Shown piece by piece: positions 29,295-38,331 of a stretch of 64,000 nucleotides of DNA. How positions within the stretch are numbered: position 1 is the first letter of the stretch; every line of letters begins with the position of its first letter. The stretch lies in the NCBI GenBank assembly GCA_030645735.1, contig JAUSNP010000003.1, forward strand, positions 167,411-231,410, written 5' to 3'. This DNA is from Candidatus Moraniibacteriota bacterium. Lineage in GTDB: Bacteria > Patescibacteriota > Minisyncoccia > Moranbacterales > UBA2206. Both the position numbers and the translations under genes were made by a program. The notes below the pieces were generated by a model that did not search any database, was not told the origin of the DNA, and worked only from the letters and a program-made list of their open reading frames with translations.

Positions 29295-30812
29295 ATGGAA
29301 ATCGTAATTGGGGTTTTGAGCTTGGTAATCGGCACTGGAGCGGGTTACTTCGTTAGACAATCAATTGCCAAAAAGCAATTGAACACTGCAGAAGGTCGAG
29401 CTTCTAAGATTGTAGAAGAAGCTGAAAAAAAGTCACAAGAGCTTGTGATTGAAGCAAAAGGTAAGGCAGTGGACATCTTAGAGGAGGCAAAAAAGAAAGA
29501 GGCGGAGAAAGAAAGACAAATCATCCGCACCGAAGAGCGACTTGAAAAGAGAGAAATCACCCTCGATACTAAAATGGAGGAAATTGAACGTGGGCGAACA
29601 ATGTTAGAGAAGAAGGCTGAGGAAATTCGCCAAATCAAAAAAGAAGTTGAAGAAACTCGCGCTCAAGAACTCAAGAGACTTGAAAAAATCGCTGGTCTTT
29701 CCAAAGAAGATGCCAAAGCGGTTCTTTTGCAATTGACTGAAGAAGAGAGTCGCGACATTCTAGCTAAAAGAATCAAAGACTTGGAAGCTAATGGTATTGA
29801 AGAATTGAACAAGAAGGCCAAGGACATTATGACTTCAGCTATTCAAAAATATGCTGGTTCTCATTCAGCTGATGTGACCACAAGCACGGTGAGCATCCCA
29901 TCTGATGAAGTGAAGGGTCGCATCATTGGTCGCGAAGGACGAAACATCAAAGCTCTGGAAAGGTTGACTGGCATTGAAATTATCGTAGATGACACGCCGG
30001 AAGCTATTGTGATTTCTGGTTTTGATCCAATTCGCAGGGAGACTGCCAAAATTGCTATTGAAAAATTGGTGGGTGATGGACGCATCCATCCGACTAAGAT
30101 TGAGGAAGCGGTGGAATTTGCTAAATCTGAAGTGAACAACAAGATTCGAGAAGCTGGCGAAGCGGCCGCGTATGACTGTGGTGTGGCAGGACTTGATCCA
30201 AAACTTATTCAAATTTTGGGAAGACTACGTTATCGAACTAGTTATGGACAAAATGCGCTTTTGCATTCATTGGAAGTTGCTCATTTGTCAGGCGCTTTGG
30301 CTTCAGAACTGGGAGCAGACGTGGCGATTGCCAAGAAGGCTGGACTTTTGCATGATATTGGAAAAGCTATTGACCATGAAGTTGAAGGAACTCACGTTGA
30401 AATCGGAATCAAGATTTTGCAGAAATTCAACATTGGCAAAGAAATCATTGATGCTATGCGCTCACATCATGAAGACTATCCATTTGAAAGTCCTGAATCA
30501 ATGATCATCGCTGCAGCTGATGCAATCTCAGCTAGTCGTCCAGGAGCTCGAAAAGATACTTTGGAAAATTATTTGAAGAGATTAGGTGAATTGGAAGATG
30601 TGGTGAACTCATTTGAAGAAGTGGAAAAGAGTTATGCTATTCAAGCCGGGAGAGAAATTCGTGTGTTTGTTCGACCCGACAAAACAGATGATCTTGGTGC
30701 TATCAAATTGGCTCGCGCTATTGCGGACAAGATTGAAACAGAATTGAAATATCCAGGTGAAGTCAAAGTGAATGTTATTCGCGAAACCAGAGCCACTGAG
30801 ATTGCCAGATAA
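29295..30812 (+). CDS. rny: Ribonuclease Y
   Basis: N-terminal TM, coiled coil, KGRIIGREGRNI (KH), LLHDIGK (HD). Confidence 0.97.
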   Translation: MEIVIGVLSLVIGTGAGYFVRQSIAKKQLNTAEGRASKIVEEAEKKSQELVIEAKGKAVDILEEAKKKEAEKERQIIRTEERLEKREITLDTKMEEIERGRTMLEKKAEEIRQIKKEVEETRAQELKRLEKIAGLSKEDAKAVLLQLTEEESRDILAKRIKDLEANGIEELNKKAKDIMTSAIQKYAGSHSADVTTSTVSIPSDEVKGRIIGREGRNIKALERLTGIEIIVDDTPEAIVISGFDPIRRETAKIAIEKLVGDGRIHPTKIEEAVEFAKSEVNNKIREAGEAAAYDCGVAGLDPKLIQILGRLRYRTSYGQNALLHSLEVAHLSGALASELGADVAIAKKAGLLHDIGKAIDHEVEGTHVEIGIKILQKFNIGKEIIDAMRSHHEDYPFESPESMIIAAADAISASRPGARKDTLENYLKRLGELEDVVNSFEEVEKSYAIQAGREIRVFVRPDKTDDLGAIKLARAIADKIETELKYPGEVKVNVIRETRATEIAR

Positions 30813-31004
30813 TTATTATTATCCTATTTTCGTTATATGTTTCGCGTTGCGCGATATGCGATAGGGGTTGTGGATAACTAGATTTGCCTTATTTAAAACA
30901 AAAAGAGTACAATAGACTAAGAGGGAAAACAAATATAAATAGATAAGTCCTGTTCGCTCTATTTATGATAGGCACAGGATAAACTAGAAAGGCGGGTGAC
31001 AACT

Positions 31005-31286
31005 ATGATAAATGTAAACAAAGATGCGTTGGTATCAGCAATCGCAACAAAGACAGATCAATCCAAGAAAGATGTTGAGATGGTAATTGATACTATGATT
31101 GAAGAAGTGACTAAATCTTTGCAAGCTGGAAACAAAGTTACCCTAACAGGTTTCGGAACTTTCAAAGTTTCAGCCCGAGCTGCAAGAGTTGGAATCAATC
31201 CTCAAACTAAGGCTTCAATCCAAATCCCTGCAATGACAGTGCCAAAATTTACTGCTGGAAAAGCATTAAAAGAAGCTGTTAAATAA
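31005..31286 (+). CDS. hup: DNA-binding protein HU
   Basis: GFGTFKV..RAAR.GINPQT; PKFTAGKALKEAVK. Confidence 0.95.
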   Translation: MINVNKDALVSAIATKTDQSKKDVEMVIDTMIEEVTKSLQAGNKVTLTGFGTFKVSARAARVGINPQTKASIQIPAMTVPKFTAGKALKEAVK

Positions 31287-31357
31287 ATTTCTTCTCTGTT
31301 ATAATAAACATCAGAAGATAGTGATAAAATCCCGAGTGATCGGGATTTTATTATAGG

Positions 31358-31540
31358 CGGTTCGCCACTTTCTTTGGCAGCAAAGAACGTGGCAGAAAGA
31401 AACTGCCACACCGGCTTGTGCTGTCTAAATTCTCAGATTATTCGCTAAAATTCCAATAAGTGTTAGAAAGGCTCTCTAGTATGTAATTTTTTAACGCTCA
31501 TAATCTGGAATTTAGAAACGCACTAACGCCAAGGTGTGGA
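31358..31540 (+). repeat. Dispersed structured repeat, module type I (copy C), after the hup terminator
   Basis: Aligns with 12039-12215 including the central loop; paired substitutions in the stems. Confidence 0.9.
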
Positions 31541-31599
31541 TTTTTTTTAAAATTAAACAAACAAAAAAAGCTATCCTTGCGGATAACTTTTTTTGAATG

Positions 31600-31671
31600 A
31601 GCGGGTAGGGGGAATCGAACCCCCCTCCTCAGCTTGGAAGGCTGATATAATAGCCACTATACGACACCCGC
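31600..31671 (-). tRNA. tRNA-Gly(TCC)
   Basis: Reverse complement TCAGC-CT-TCC-AA-GCTGA arm; GCGGGTG acceptor stem. Confidence 0.93.
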
Positions 31672-31694
31672 TTATATTCTATTTTCAAACCTAC

Positions 31695-31768
31695 TGGTCG
31701 GGGCGCCGAGACTCGAACTCGGACTACTTGGTCCCAAACCAAGCGCGCTACCATTACACAACGCCCCG
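31695..31768 (-). tRNA. tRNA-Pro(TGG)
   Basis: Reverse complement CTTGG-TT-TGG-GA-CCAAG arm; encoded CCA. Confidence 0.93.
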
Positions 31769-31930
31769 TAAACATTTTTAAATCAATATATCCATAGTAG
31801 CGGTTATTTGATGGGAAGTCAATAATGCGCCAAGGACAGGCTTAATCTGTCTAGGTATATTTTATTAAAATCTAGCTTTGATTTAAATGTCATTTGCGTG
31901 TATACTAGAGTCGAGAAAAATTTGAAATTT

Positions 31931-33157
31931 ATGGAAAATTATTCAAACAATCAGGAGAAAAATTCATGGATGCATATCCAGATTCATTTTGGCGTGGCGC
32001 TTTTGACTGTGTTGGTTTTGACGGGCGGAGTTTTGAAGATTTTGTATGATGGGTTGAGAGAATTTCCAGCGCAAGAGATGGACAATTCTGTTTATGCTAG
32101 ACTAGCTGAATCTAGAAAACAAAAATTGGCAGCTGTGTCAGCAGATGGTCCAGCGCGACATTTTTCACCTGGGCCAATCTCGATGAAACTAATCAAAAGC
32201 AATGGCTGTGTAGCAGATGGTTTGTTGTCAGGTTATGGTGAGAAGACAAAAGAAATTATCAATACTATTAATCGCTCAGAATGTGTGTATTTGCATAGAT
32301 CATTGGAGACCTGGCTCAAGGTTCCAGATTTCAGCCAGGCCTTTGATATTATGGAGCGAATTGAAAATCGACCAATTGTTTATGGCATGTTTTTGGCAGA
32401 GGCGATTTCAACTAGAAAAAAATATGAAGATCCAAATTCTGGAGAAACTTTTCAATATGACGAGATGTGCCGCGAAGGGACGGAAGGCCGTTGGGGAAAA
32501 GATACTTGTATTCCGACCATTCAAAATGTAGAGTATCGTCGATATTTGAAAGCTGTGACTCGTCGGGCAATGGATGTTGGCATTCAAAGCTTTCTTTTCG
32601 GTCAAATCATGCTTCAAGACGAAAATTCCAATTTTGAACAAACAGAGATGAAAAAAATCTTGGCGGACATGCGTCAATATGCCAAAGAACGTGGCATGCA
32701 AATCATTGTCGGAGCGCAGACTGATGAAATAACGGATGAAAGATATTTGCGGATGTTTGATTATATTGAAGGCGGAGTGGGCATAGATGACGCGGGCAAT
32801 GTGGAGAATCAAGCGTGTTTCAGCGGCCACTCCAATTGTTGGGCGCTACTTTGGAATGAAAAATATAGTTCCAAAGCGAATAACGTTTTGTTGCACTTAG
32901 ATTGGAGCGGCTTGGTTTGGGATGATATGGGCGTGTTTGCTCGAATGACCAAGGAAAAAAGAATTGAAACACTGGCTAATCTATATCAAAAATTCACTTC
33001 GCAAAATATGGGCTTCATGATGCCATATCTAGCCGTGCTCAATCATGACAACGATGGCTGTTATGGACCCAACAAACATTTCTATGTGCCAAGCAAGAAA
33101 TATAAATGCAAAGATGAAGATCAGATAAAAGAAATTATGCGAGACATAGTGCTATAA
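31931..33157 (+). CDS. Hypothetical membrane-anchored protein
   Basis: Long ORF, N-terminal TM; ATG 31931 chosen as start. Confidence 0.75.
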   Translation: MENYSNNQEKNSWMHIQIHFGVALLTVLVLTGGVLKILYDGLREFPAQEMDNSVYARLAESRKQKLAAVSADGPARHFSPGPISMKLIKSNGCVADGLLSGYGEKTKEIINTINRSECVYLHRSLETWLKVPDFSQAFDIMERIENRPIVYGMFLAEAISTRKKYEDPNSGETFQYDEMCREGTEGRWGKDTCIPTIQNVEYRRYLKAVTRRAMDVGIQSFLFGQIMLQDENSNFEQTEMKKILADMRQYAKERGMQIIVGAQTDEITDERYLRMFDYIEGGVGIDDAGNVENQACFSGHSNCWALLWNEKYSSKANNVLLHLDWSGLVWDDMGVFARMTKEKRIETLANLYQKFTSQNMGFMMPYLAVLNHDNDGCYGPNKHFYVPSKKYKCKDEDQIKEIMRDIVL

Positions 33158-33160
33158 TGA

Positions 33161-33895
33161 ATGTGTATGAATAGAAAAATAAAACTAACAATAATTTTTT
33201 TACTGGCGGGGTGTCTTTTTTGGGCAAGTTGGTATTTTCTGCGAGACTCACAAGTTAAGAAAGTTGAGATCGTAGGCAGTGAACAACAGCCAATAGAAGA
33301 AAATATTGAAACTGGCGACAAGTCAATTACAGACACGCCCATTGCCTCGGTGGGTTCAAGCTTTGAGAAAGAGCCAGTTGTGGTGATTGAGGATAAGAAT
33401 GAAGACAACGTGGAACCTAGTGCAAATAGCAGTAAATTAAAAATTGTGAATAAATTAGTGGATTCTGGTTTTCAGGCGGCTAACGGTCGGAAAATTGACA
33501 CCATTATCATTCATTCATCCTATGATGCCCTAGGCGACGACCCATTCAGCATAAATGGTATTATCAAGGAATATCGTGATTATGGCGTCTCAGCGCATTA
33601 TTTGATTGGCAGAGATGGCACAATCTATCGTTTAGTTCAGGAAAAGAATATTGCCTATCATGCCGGTGTGAGTTCGGTGCCAGATGGCCGAACAGGCGTA
33701 AATGCTTTTTCTTTGGGAATTGAGATGGTCAACACCAAAACAGGCCAGATGACAGCTCAGCAATACGGGGCGCTAAAAAGCCTTATTATAGACATTAAAA
33801 GTCGATATGGGATTAAGTATGTCCTAGGGCATAATCAAATTGCTCCTGGTCGAAAAGATGATCCATGGAACTTCAACTGGAATAAGTTGAAATAA
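33161..33895 (+). CDS. N-acetylmuramoyl-L-alanine amidase (Amidase_2/AmpD-like), membrane-anchored
   Basis: IIIHS, VSAHYLIGRDG, AYHAG, SLGIE, GHNQIAPGRKDDP. Confidence 0.9.
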   Translation: MCMNRKIKLTIIFLLAGCLFWASWYFLRDSQVKKVEIVGSEQQPIEENIETGDKSITDTPIASVGSSFEKEPVVVIEDKNEDNVEPSANSSKLKIVNKLVDSGFQAANGRKIDTIIIHSSYDALGDDPFSINGIIKEYRDYGVSAHYLIGRDGTIYRLVQEKNIAYHAGVSSVPDGRTGVNAFSLGIEMVNTKTGQMTAQQYGALKSLIIDIKSRYGIKYVLGHNQIAPGRKDDPWNFNWNKLK

Positions 33896-34014
33896 GGCTT
33901 CATTTCAGCCACAATCTTTTCTTGATAAAACTCTCAGCATTTGGCATTGGACGGATTTTGTGGTTGTTGATATAATGATAACTGCTTTAAATCAAAAGTA
34001 TAAGAAATAATTTT

Positions 34015-34347
34015 ATGGAAATGAAAAATAAATTTGAAAAATTTCTGATGACAATCTCGAGTGTTTTTTTGTTGGCGATTATTGTCTTGGGTTTCAAGGT
34101 TGAAAATGACAATAAAAAAATTACTCAGATTTTGGAAAGTTTGAACACCGACCCAGGTAATGGCAACGCAGTCATTAGCCAAACGCGTGAACAAATTTTG
34201 GCGCAAGCGGCTCAGGCTCCATCTCAGGATGTCACGCAGAATGTAGTTAAAAAAACTATTATTCCAGGAAAAGTTATTAAGCAAACTGTGCCAGTGGCTT
34301 CCACGGCTAAAACAACGACAACCAAGAAAACAACTAAAACATCTTAA
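34015..34347 (+). CDS. Small membrane-anchored protein with Thr-rich C-terminus
   Basis: One TM, low-complexity linker, ends TTTTKKTTKTS; first gene of the apbE cluster. Confidence 0.7.
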   Translation: MEMKNKFEKFLMTISSVFLLAIIVLGFKVENDNKKITQILESLNTDPGNGNAVISQTREQILAQAAQAPSQDVTQNVVKKTIIPGKVIKQTVPVASTAKTTTTKKTTKTS

Positions 34348-34358
34348 TTTAAAACAAA

Positions 34359-34745
34359 ATGTTGATAAATAATTACAAAAAAATAATTGGATTGCTTGGG
34401 GTTGTAATGATAGCAGTGTTTGTTTTTAATATTCCAGCAATTCAAAATAAAATTGCAGACAATGTTAACACCGCTTGGGCGGATGATGACGAAGAAGAAT
34501 ATGATGATGAGGATAACAGAGTTATTAATACCGCGCCTGAGAGTAACGTTGTGCAAAAAACAGAAACCAAAACGATTTATACAAAACTTAGTGACACAGT
34601 TAGCACAACTACTACCACAATAACCAAGCATGACTCAGATGGCGATGGCATGTATGACGAAGAGGATCCACATCCCACTATCAATGAGAGTTTCATTGTG
34701 AAGGATGATAATCTAAATGGCATTGATGATCGCTATGAACAATAG
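34359..34745 (+). CDS. Secreted acidic protein with DxDGDG Ca-binding-like motifs
   Basis: DSDGDGMYDEED and DDNLNGIDDRYE. Confidence 0.7.
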   Translation: MLINNYKKIIGLLGVVMIAVFVFNIPAIQNKIADNVNTAWADDDEEEYDDEDNRVINTAPESNVVQKTETKTIYTKLSDTVSTTTTTITKHDSDGDGMYDEEDPHPTINESFIVKDDNLNGIDDRYEQ

Positions 34746-35667
34746 AATCGTGTTTGATAATTTTCGGGCCATGGGTACTGATATTTCAGTTGAAATTGTT
34801 GTTAGTCAAGAGCAGGAAAAACAAGCGCATGAAGCATTGCAAAGAGTCAAAGAAATTTTTGCAGAGAATGAAAAAATATTTAGTCGCTTTGACGACGGGA
34901 GTGAACTTTCAAAAATAAACGCTAGTCTGAACAAAGAAATTGCTGTGTCCGACAAAATGTTTGAAGTGTTGGAATTATGTGTGAAATTCAATACAATTTC
35001 TGATGGCTATTTTGATCCACGGGTAATTGGTGTTCTGGAAAAAATCGGTTATGACAAAGATTTCAAAAGTAATGACTTGAATACAAAAGAGGCAAAGGAG
35101 ATTGAGGCGGAAAAATTTGAAGCTGATTTGCTAGAAGATTTGATTCTGGATGCGGAGAGAAAAACAGTCTTGATTCACAAACGAATTGATACGACTGGCA
35201 TTGCTAAGGGCTATACGGTGGACGAGGTAGCGCAATATTTGAAAAAAGAGGGATGGGAAAATTTTGTAGTTGACGCAGGTGGTGATATGTTTGCGCAAGG
35301 TTTGAATGAAGATTCCAAGAACTGGACAATCGGCGTGGAGGGTGCGCCAGATGACAAAGTTGTGCTAAAATTGCAACAAGAAGGCATTGCCACTTCAGGC
35401 ATCTCGCGCAAGCGTTGGACGATTGGCGACAAGAAGGTGCATCATTTGATCAATCCGAAGGATCCAGAAAATTTTTCCTATGATATTAAGACGGTGACGG
35501 TGATTGATATAAAAACAGTTGAAGCTGACGGGCGTGCCAAAACATTGGTGTTGATGGGGAAAGAAAAAGGCTTGGAGTTTGCCAATAAAAATAATATAAA
35601 GGCCTTGTTTCTCGATTATCGAGGCAATGTCTATTTATCAGATGAAATCAAAAATAATATCTTATAG
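34735..35667 (+). CDS. apbE: FAD:protein FMN transferase ApbE
   Basis: FRAMGT, SRF..SELS.IN, GIAKGY.VD, DAGGD, IATSG, HHLINP. Confidence 0.92.
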   Translation: MNNRIVFDNFRAMGTDISVEIVVSQEQEKQAHEALQRVKEIFAENEKIFSRFDDGSELSKINASLNKEIAVSDKMFEVLELCVKFNTISDGYFDPRVIGVLEKIGYDKDFKSNDLNTKEAKEIEAEKFEADLLEDLILDAERKTVLIHKRIDTTGIAKGYTVDEVAQYLKKEGWENFVVDAGGDMFAQGLNEDSKNWTIGVEGAPDDKVVLKLQQEGIATSGISRKRWTIGDKKVHHLINPKDPENFSYDIKTVTVIDIKTVEADGRAKTLVLMGKEKGLEFANKNNIKALFLDYRGNVYLSDEIKNNIL

Positions 35668-36529
35668 TTTCATAGTTGTAGCAACATTCAGCTTGCTGAC
35701 TTTTTCGTTTGCACGAGCTGAAGAAGATGAAATCAAAAAGGTTGATTATAACAAAGAAGTCATTGTTGACAGTGACTTGGATGGCCTGACTGACAAAGGC
35801 GAACAGCAAATCTATAATACTAATCCGGCCAGTATTGATTCTGATGGTGACAGCTATTTGGATGGCGCCGAAGTTTTGGCTGACACTGATCCGATGGATG
35901 CTCAAGACTATCCCGGCCATCGCGCACTTGATATTGCGAAAATCACGGATGCAGTGAATCAAGAAATTCCGTGGGCGTGGTATGTTTCGCGTGCAGCTGG
36001 AATTTTGGGTTTCATTTTTTTGTGGATAACAATTTTCTTGGGGCTGTCTATTCGCAATCCATTGTTGAAAAGATTCATTGAACCGATTTATAGTTTTGAC
36101 TTTCATTGTTTCACGGCGGCCGTGGCAGTTTTTTGGGCCTTAGTGCATGGCACTAGTTTTCTATTTGATTCAATGATCGGTTTTGGCATCAAGGATGTAG
36201 CCATTCCTTTTTATACTCAATCAGAATTGATACATGGCAATGCTTTGGCGCTAGGCATCATGGCTTTCTATGCCATGGTTGTTATGACCATCACTTCATA
36301 TCTGCGAGCTCACATGAGTCACTGGCTGTGGCGAGCTTTGCATTTTCTGAACCCCTTGGCATTTATTTTTGTAGTCATACATGGCTATGTAATTGGCACA
36401 GATATGAAAAACTTCTATATTGGCAGCGCCTTCCTCTTCTCGTCATTTCTGTTGGCCTTGATTTATCTTTCAAGTTTGGTGTTTGTGATAGTGAATAAAT
36501 TCAAGAGAAAAGATGAACATTCAAATTAA
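35642..36529 (+). CDS. Ferric reductase-like (MsrQ-like) transmembrane protein with N-terminal DSDxDG repeats
   Basis: WYVSRAAG, conserved His residues (FH, VHG, WRALH, IHG...GTD). Confidence 0.8.
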   Translation: MKSKIISYSFIVVATFSLLTFSFARAEEDEIKKVDYNKEVIVDSDLDGLTDKGEQQIYNTNPASIDSDGDSYLDGAEVLADTDPMDAQDYPGHRALDIAKITDAVNQEIPWAWYVSRAAGILGFIFLWITIFLGLSIRNPLLKRFIEPIYSFDFHCFTAAVAVFWALVHGTSFLFDSMIGFGIKDVAIPFYTQSELIHGNALALGIMAFYAMVVMTITSYLRAHMSHWLWRALHFLNPLAFIFVVIHGYVIGTDMKNFYIGSAFLFSSFLLALIYLSSLVFVIVNKFKRKDEHSN

Positions 36530-36779
36530 CATCGAAAACAAAATAGTCACTATCAATCTCTTGGACAAAAAGAAGATTTTGGATAGCGTGACTATTTCAG
36601 AAGAGCATCGTTTGTCGGAAGATTTGTTGCCGACCATTGTAGAATTGTTGCAAAAAAACAAACTGACCGTGACGGACGTCAAAAAGATGACCTTGAAATC
36701 CGACATGGGCGACAACTTCACCACTCACCGCATCGCCGCCTCAGTCACCAACGCCTTCAACTGGGCGATTGCACGTTAG
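36513..36779 (+). CDS. Short TsaB-like protein (N-terminal domain only)
   Basis: SEDLLP.I.ELL...FTT.RIA....NA resembles the TsaB N-terminus. Confidence 0.55.
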   Translation: MNIQINIENKIVTINLLDKKKILDSVTISEEHRLSEDLLPTIVELLQKNKLTVTDVKKMTLKSDMGDNFTTHRIAASVTNAFNWAIAR

Positions 36780-36939
36780 CACTTTAGCATATTAACATAT
36801 CAGCAAAATCCCCGTTTGGAGCTGAGCTCTTATGGAGTTATGGCTTTGCAAGAGCTCAGCTCCCGAGTTGTTAACTTTGTATTTTGCTCAGCAATTTCGC
36901 AAGTTTGACACTGAAATTTGGAAGCAGTATAATCATATT

Positions 36940-37128
36940 ATGCAAATAAATAAATGTGACATCTGTCGCAAAACAATCAAGAAAAATCCAGGAGGCGTGC
37001 ATATCGGATTGGGTAGTACATGCTTTTTTAATCATGTTGAAATCTGCCCTGAATGTGGCAAGTTAGTTTTGAAATTATTAAGAGATAATAAGTTGATAAA
37101 AGACGAAAATTTTAAAGATGGAAAATAA
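36940..37128 (+). CDS. Small zinc-finger-like protein
   Basis: CDIC...CPEC; TTGACA-17-TATAAT promoter (36905-36933) just upstream. Confidence 0.65.
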   Translation: MQINKCDICRKTIKKNPGGVHIGLGSTCFFNHVEICPECGKLVLKLLRDNKLIKDENFKDGK

Positions 37129-37489
37129 TAACAAAAAAGAAATAACACTTGAGGCTATCGCAGAGCTTATTAAGGCTGGTAATAATGAGACTGTAAAAGT
37201 TTTGGAAGCGAAGATTGAGTCTGCTGTTGATAATCTTGCAATAATTACAAACAATAACTTTGTGAAATTGGAGGCGGATATTAAGGCGGTAAAGTCTGAG
37301 TTAGATATAGTAAAATCTGATTTGGGTGTGGTAAAAAATGATTTAGATGTGGTAAAGTCCGATGTTGAAGAAATTAAAACTAATATAAATAAAAAAGTTG
37401 ATGTCTTCACACACAAGGATTTGGAATTTCGTGTAGAAAAAGTTGAAGAAAAAACTGGCATTGCTAAATTAAAGGCCGCAATAGTTTGA
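37118..37489 (+). CDS. Coiled-coil hypothetical protein
   Basis: Heptad VKSDL-type repeats. Confidence 0.7.
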   Translation: MENNNKKEITLEAIAELIKAGNNETVKVLEAKIESAVDNLAIITNNNFVKLEADIKAVKSELDIVKSDLGVVKNDLDVVKSDVEEIKTNINKKVDVFTHKDLEFRVEKVEEKTGIAKLKAAIV

Positions 37490-37586
37490 CTTTAGCCAAA
37501 AAACCTGCTATACTGGACATAATAAGTTAAAAAGATGGGTGAAAACGCCGTCTTTTTATTTTTTCTAAATTAATAAAAACAAAAAT

Positions 37587-37973
37587 ATGTTTGAATCTCC
37601 ATCTAGTGCCCCAGTAGAAAAACCAAAACCAATTTTAAATGAAGAAGGACGAGTTGACGATATGGGTCTTGCAATGGACCTTGCAGAGCAAGCGGAAGGT
37701 TTGAGAAATAGTGAGCACGGTGAAATTGAAGCTAAAAGAGCTGGAGTGGATATACAAACCTTTGTTAATAAAGACACTGATCGTGCAATAAAGGAGGAAC
37801 AGGAGTCCCGAGAAGCCTTGTATGAAAAACAGAAATTTAGTGAGTTAATTGGGAAAATGGCCAGTTCGCTTTCAGAAGAAGAAAAGGGATTTATGAAAAA
37901 AATGCTTCAACCAAGATATGAAGGATTTTCTAATACAAGCGAACTTGAAAGAATTTTTAAAAAATTACTGTAA
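37587..37973 (+). CDS. Hypothetical protein
   Basis: 128-aa ORF with its own TTGACT...TATACT promoter. Confidence 0.65.
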   Translation: MFESPSSAPVEKPKPILNEEGRVDDMGLAMDLAEQAEGLRNSEHGEIEAKRAGVDIQTFVNKDTDRAIKEEQESREALYEKQKFSELIGKMASSLSEEEKGFMKKMLQPRYEGFSNTSELERIFKKLL

Positions 37974-38331
37974 CCTGTGGATAACTAGTGTATTAAGCGA
38001 CTAGATAAAAATTGAATATTAGACAAAATGGCTTCATTGAGCCATTTTTGTTTTGTGGGTAAAAATTTGACAAATAAAGAGATTTTGTTCTTGACAAGGT
38101 TCAAAAAACCTTTATAATTAGCAATACGTTTGTCAAGCCTGCTTTTCGAAGCTAGGTGAGACTAAAAAACCTTCTTCATGAACTAGGTCCGGGGGTGAGA
38201 AAAGTTCAAATAATGGCTTATTGTAGCCACAATATCTTGCAGAACACAACCAAATAATTTAATAACACAGTTAAAATCTCATTATTACAACTTGTCTAAA
38301 AAGCAAGGGGTAGCGCAATGAGAGTATTTTT

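Noticed and set aside
36817-36867. GGAGCTGAGCTCTT/AAGAGCTCAGCTCC inverted repeat and the ORF extension from 36832
   Set aside because: Single copy in the window, likely a terminator or REP-like hairpin; the downstream promoter supports a start at 36940.
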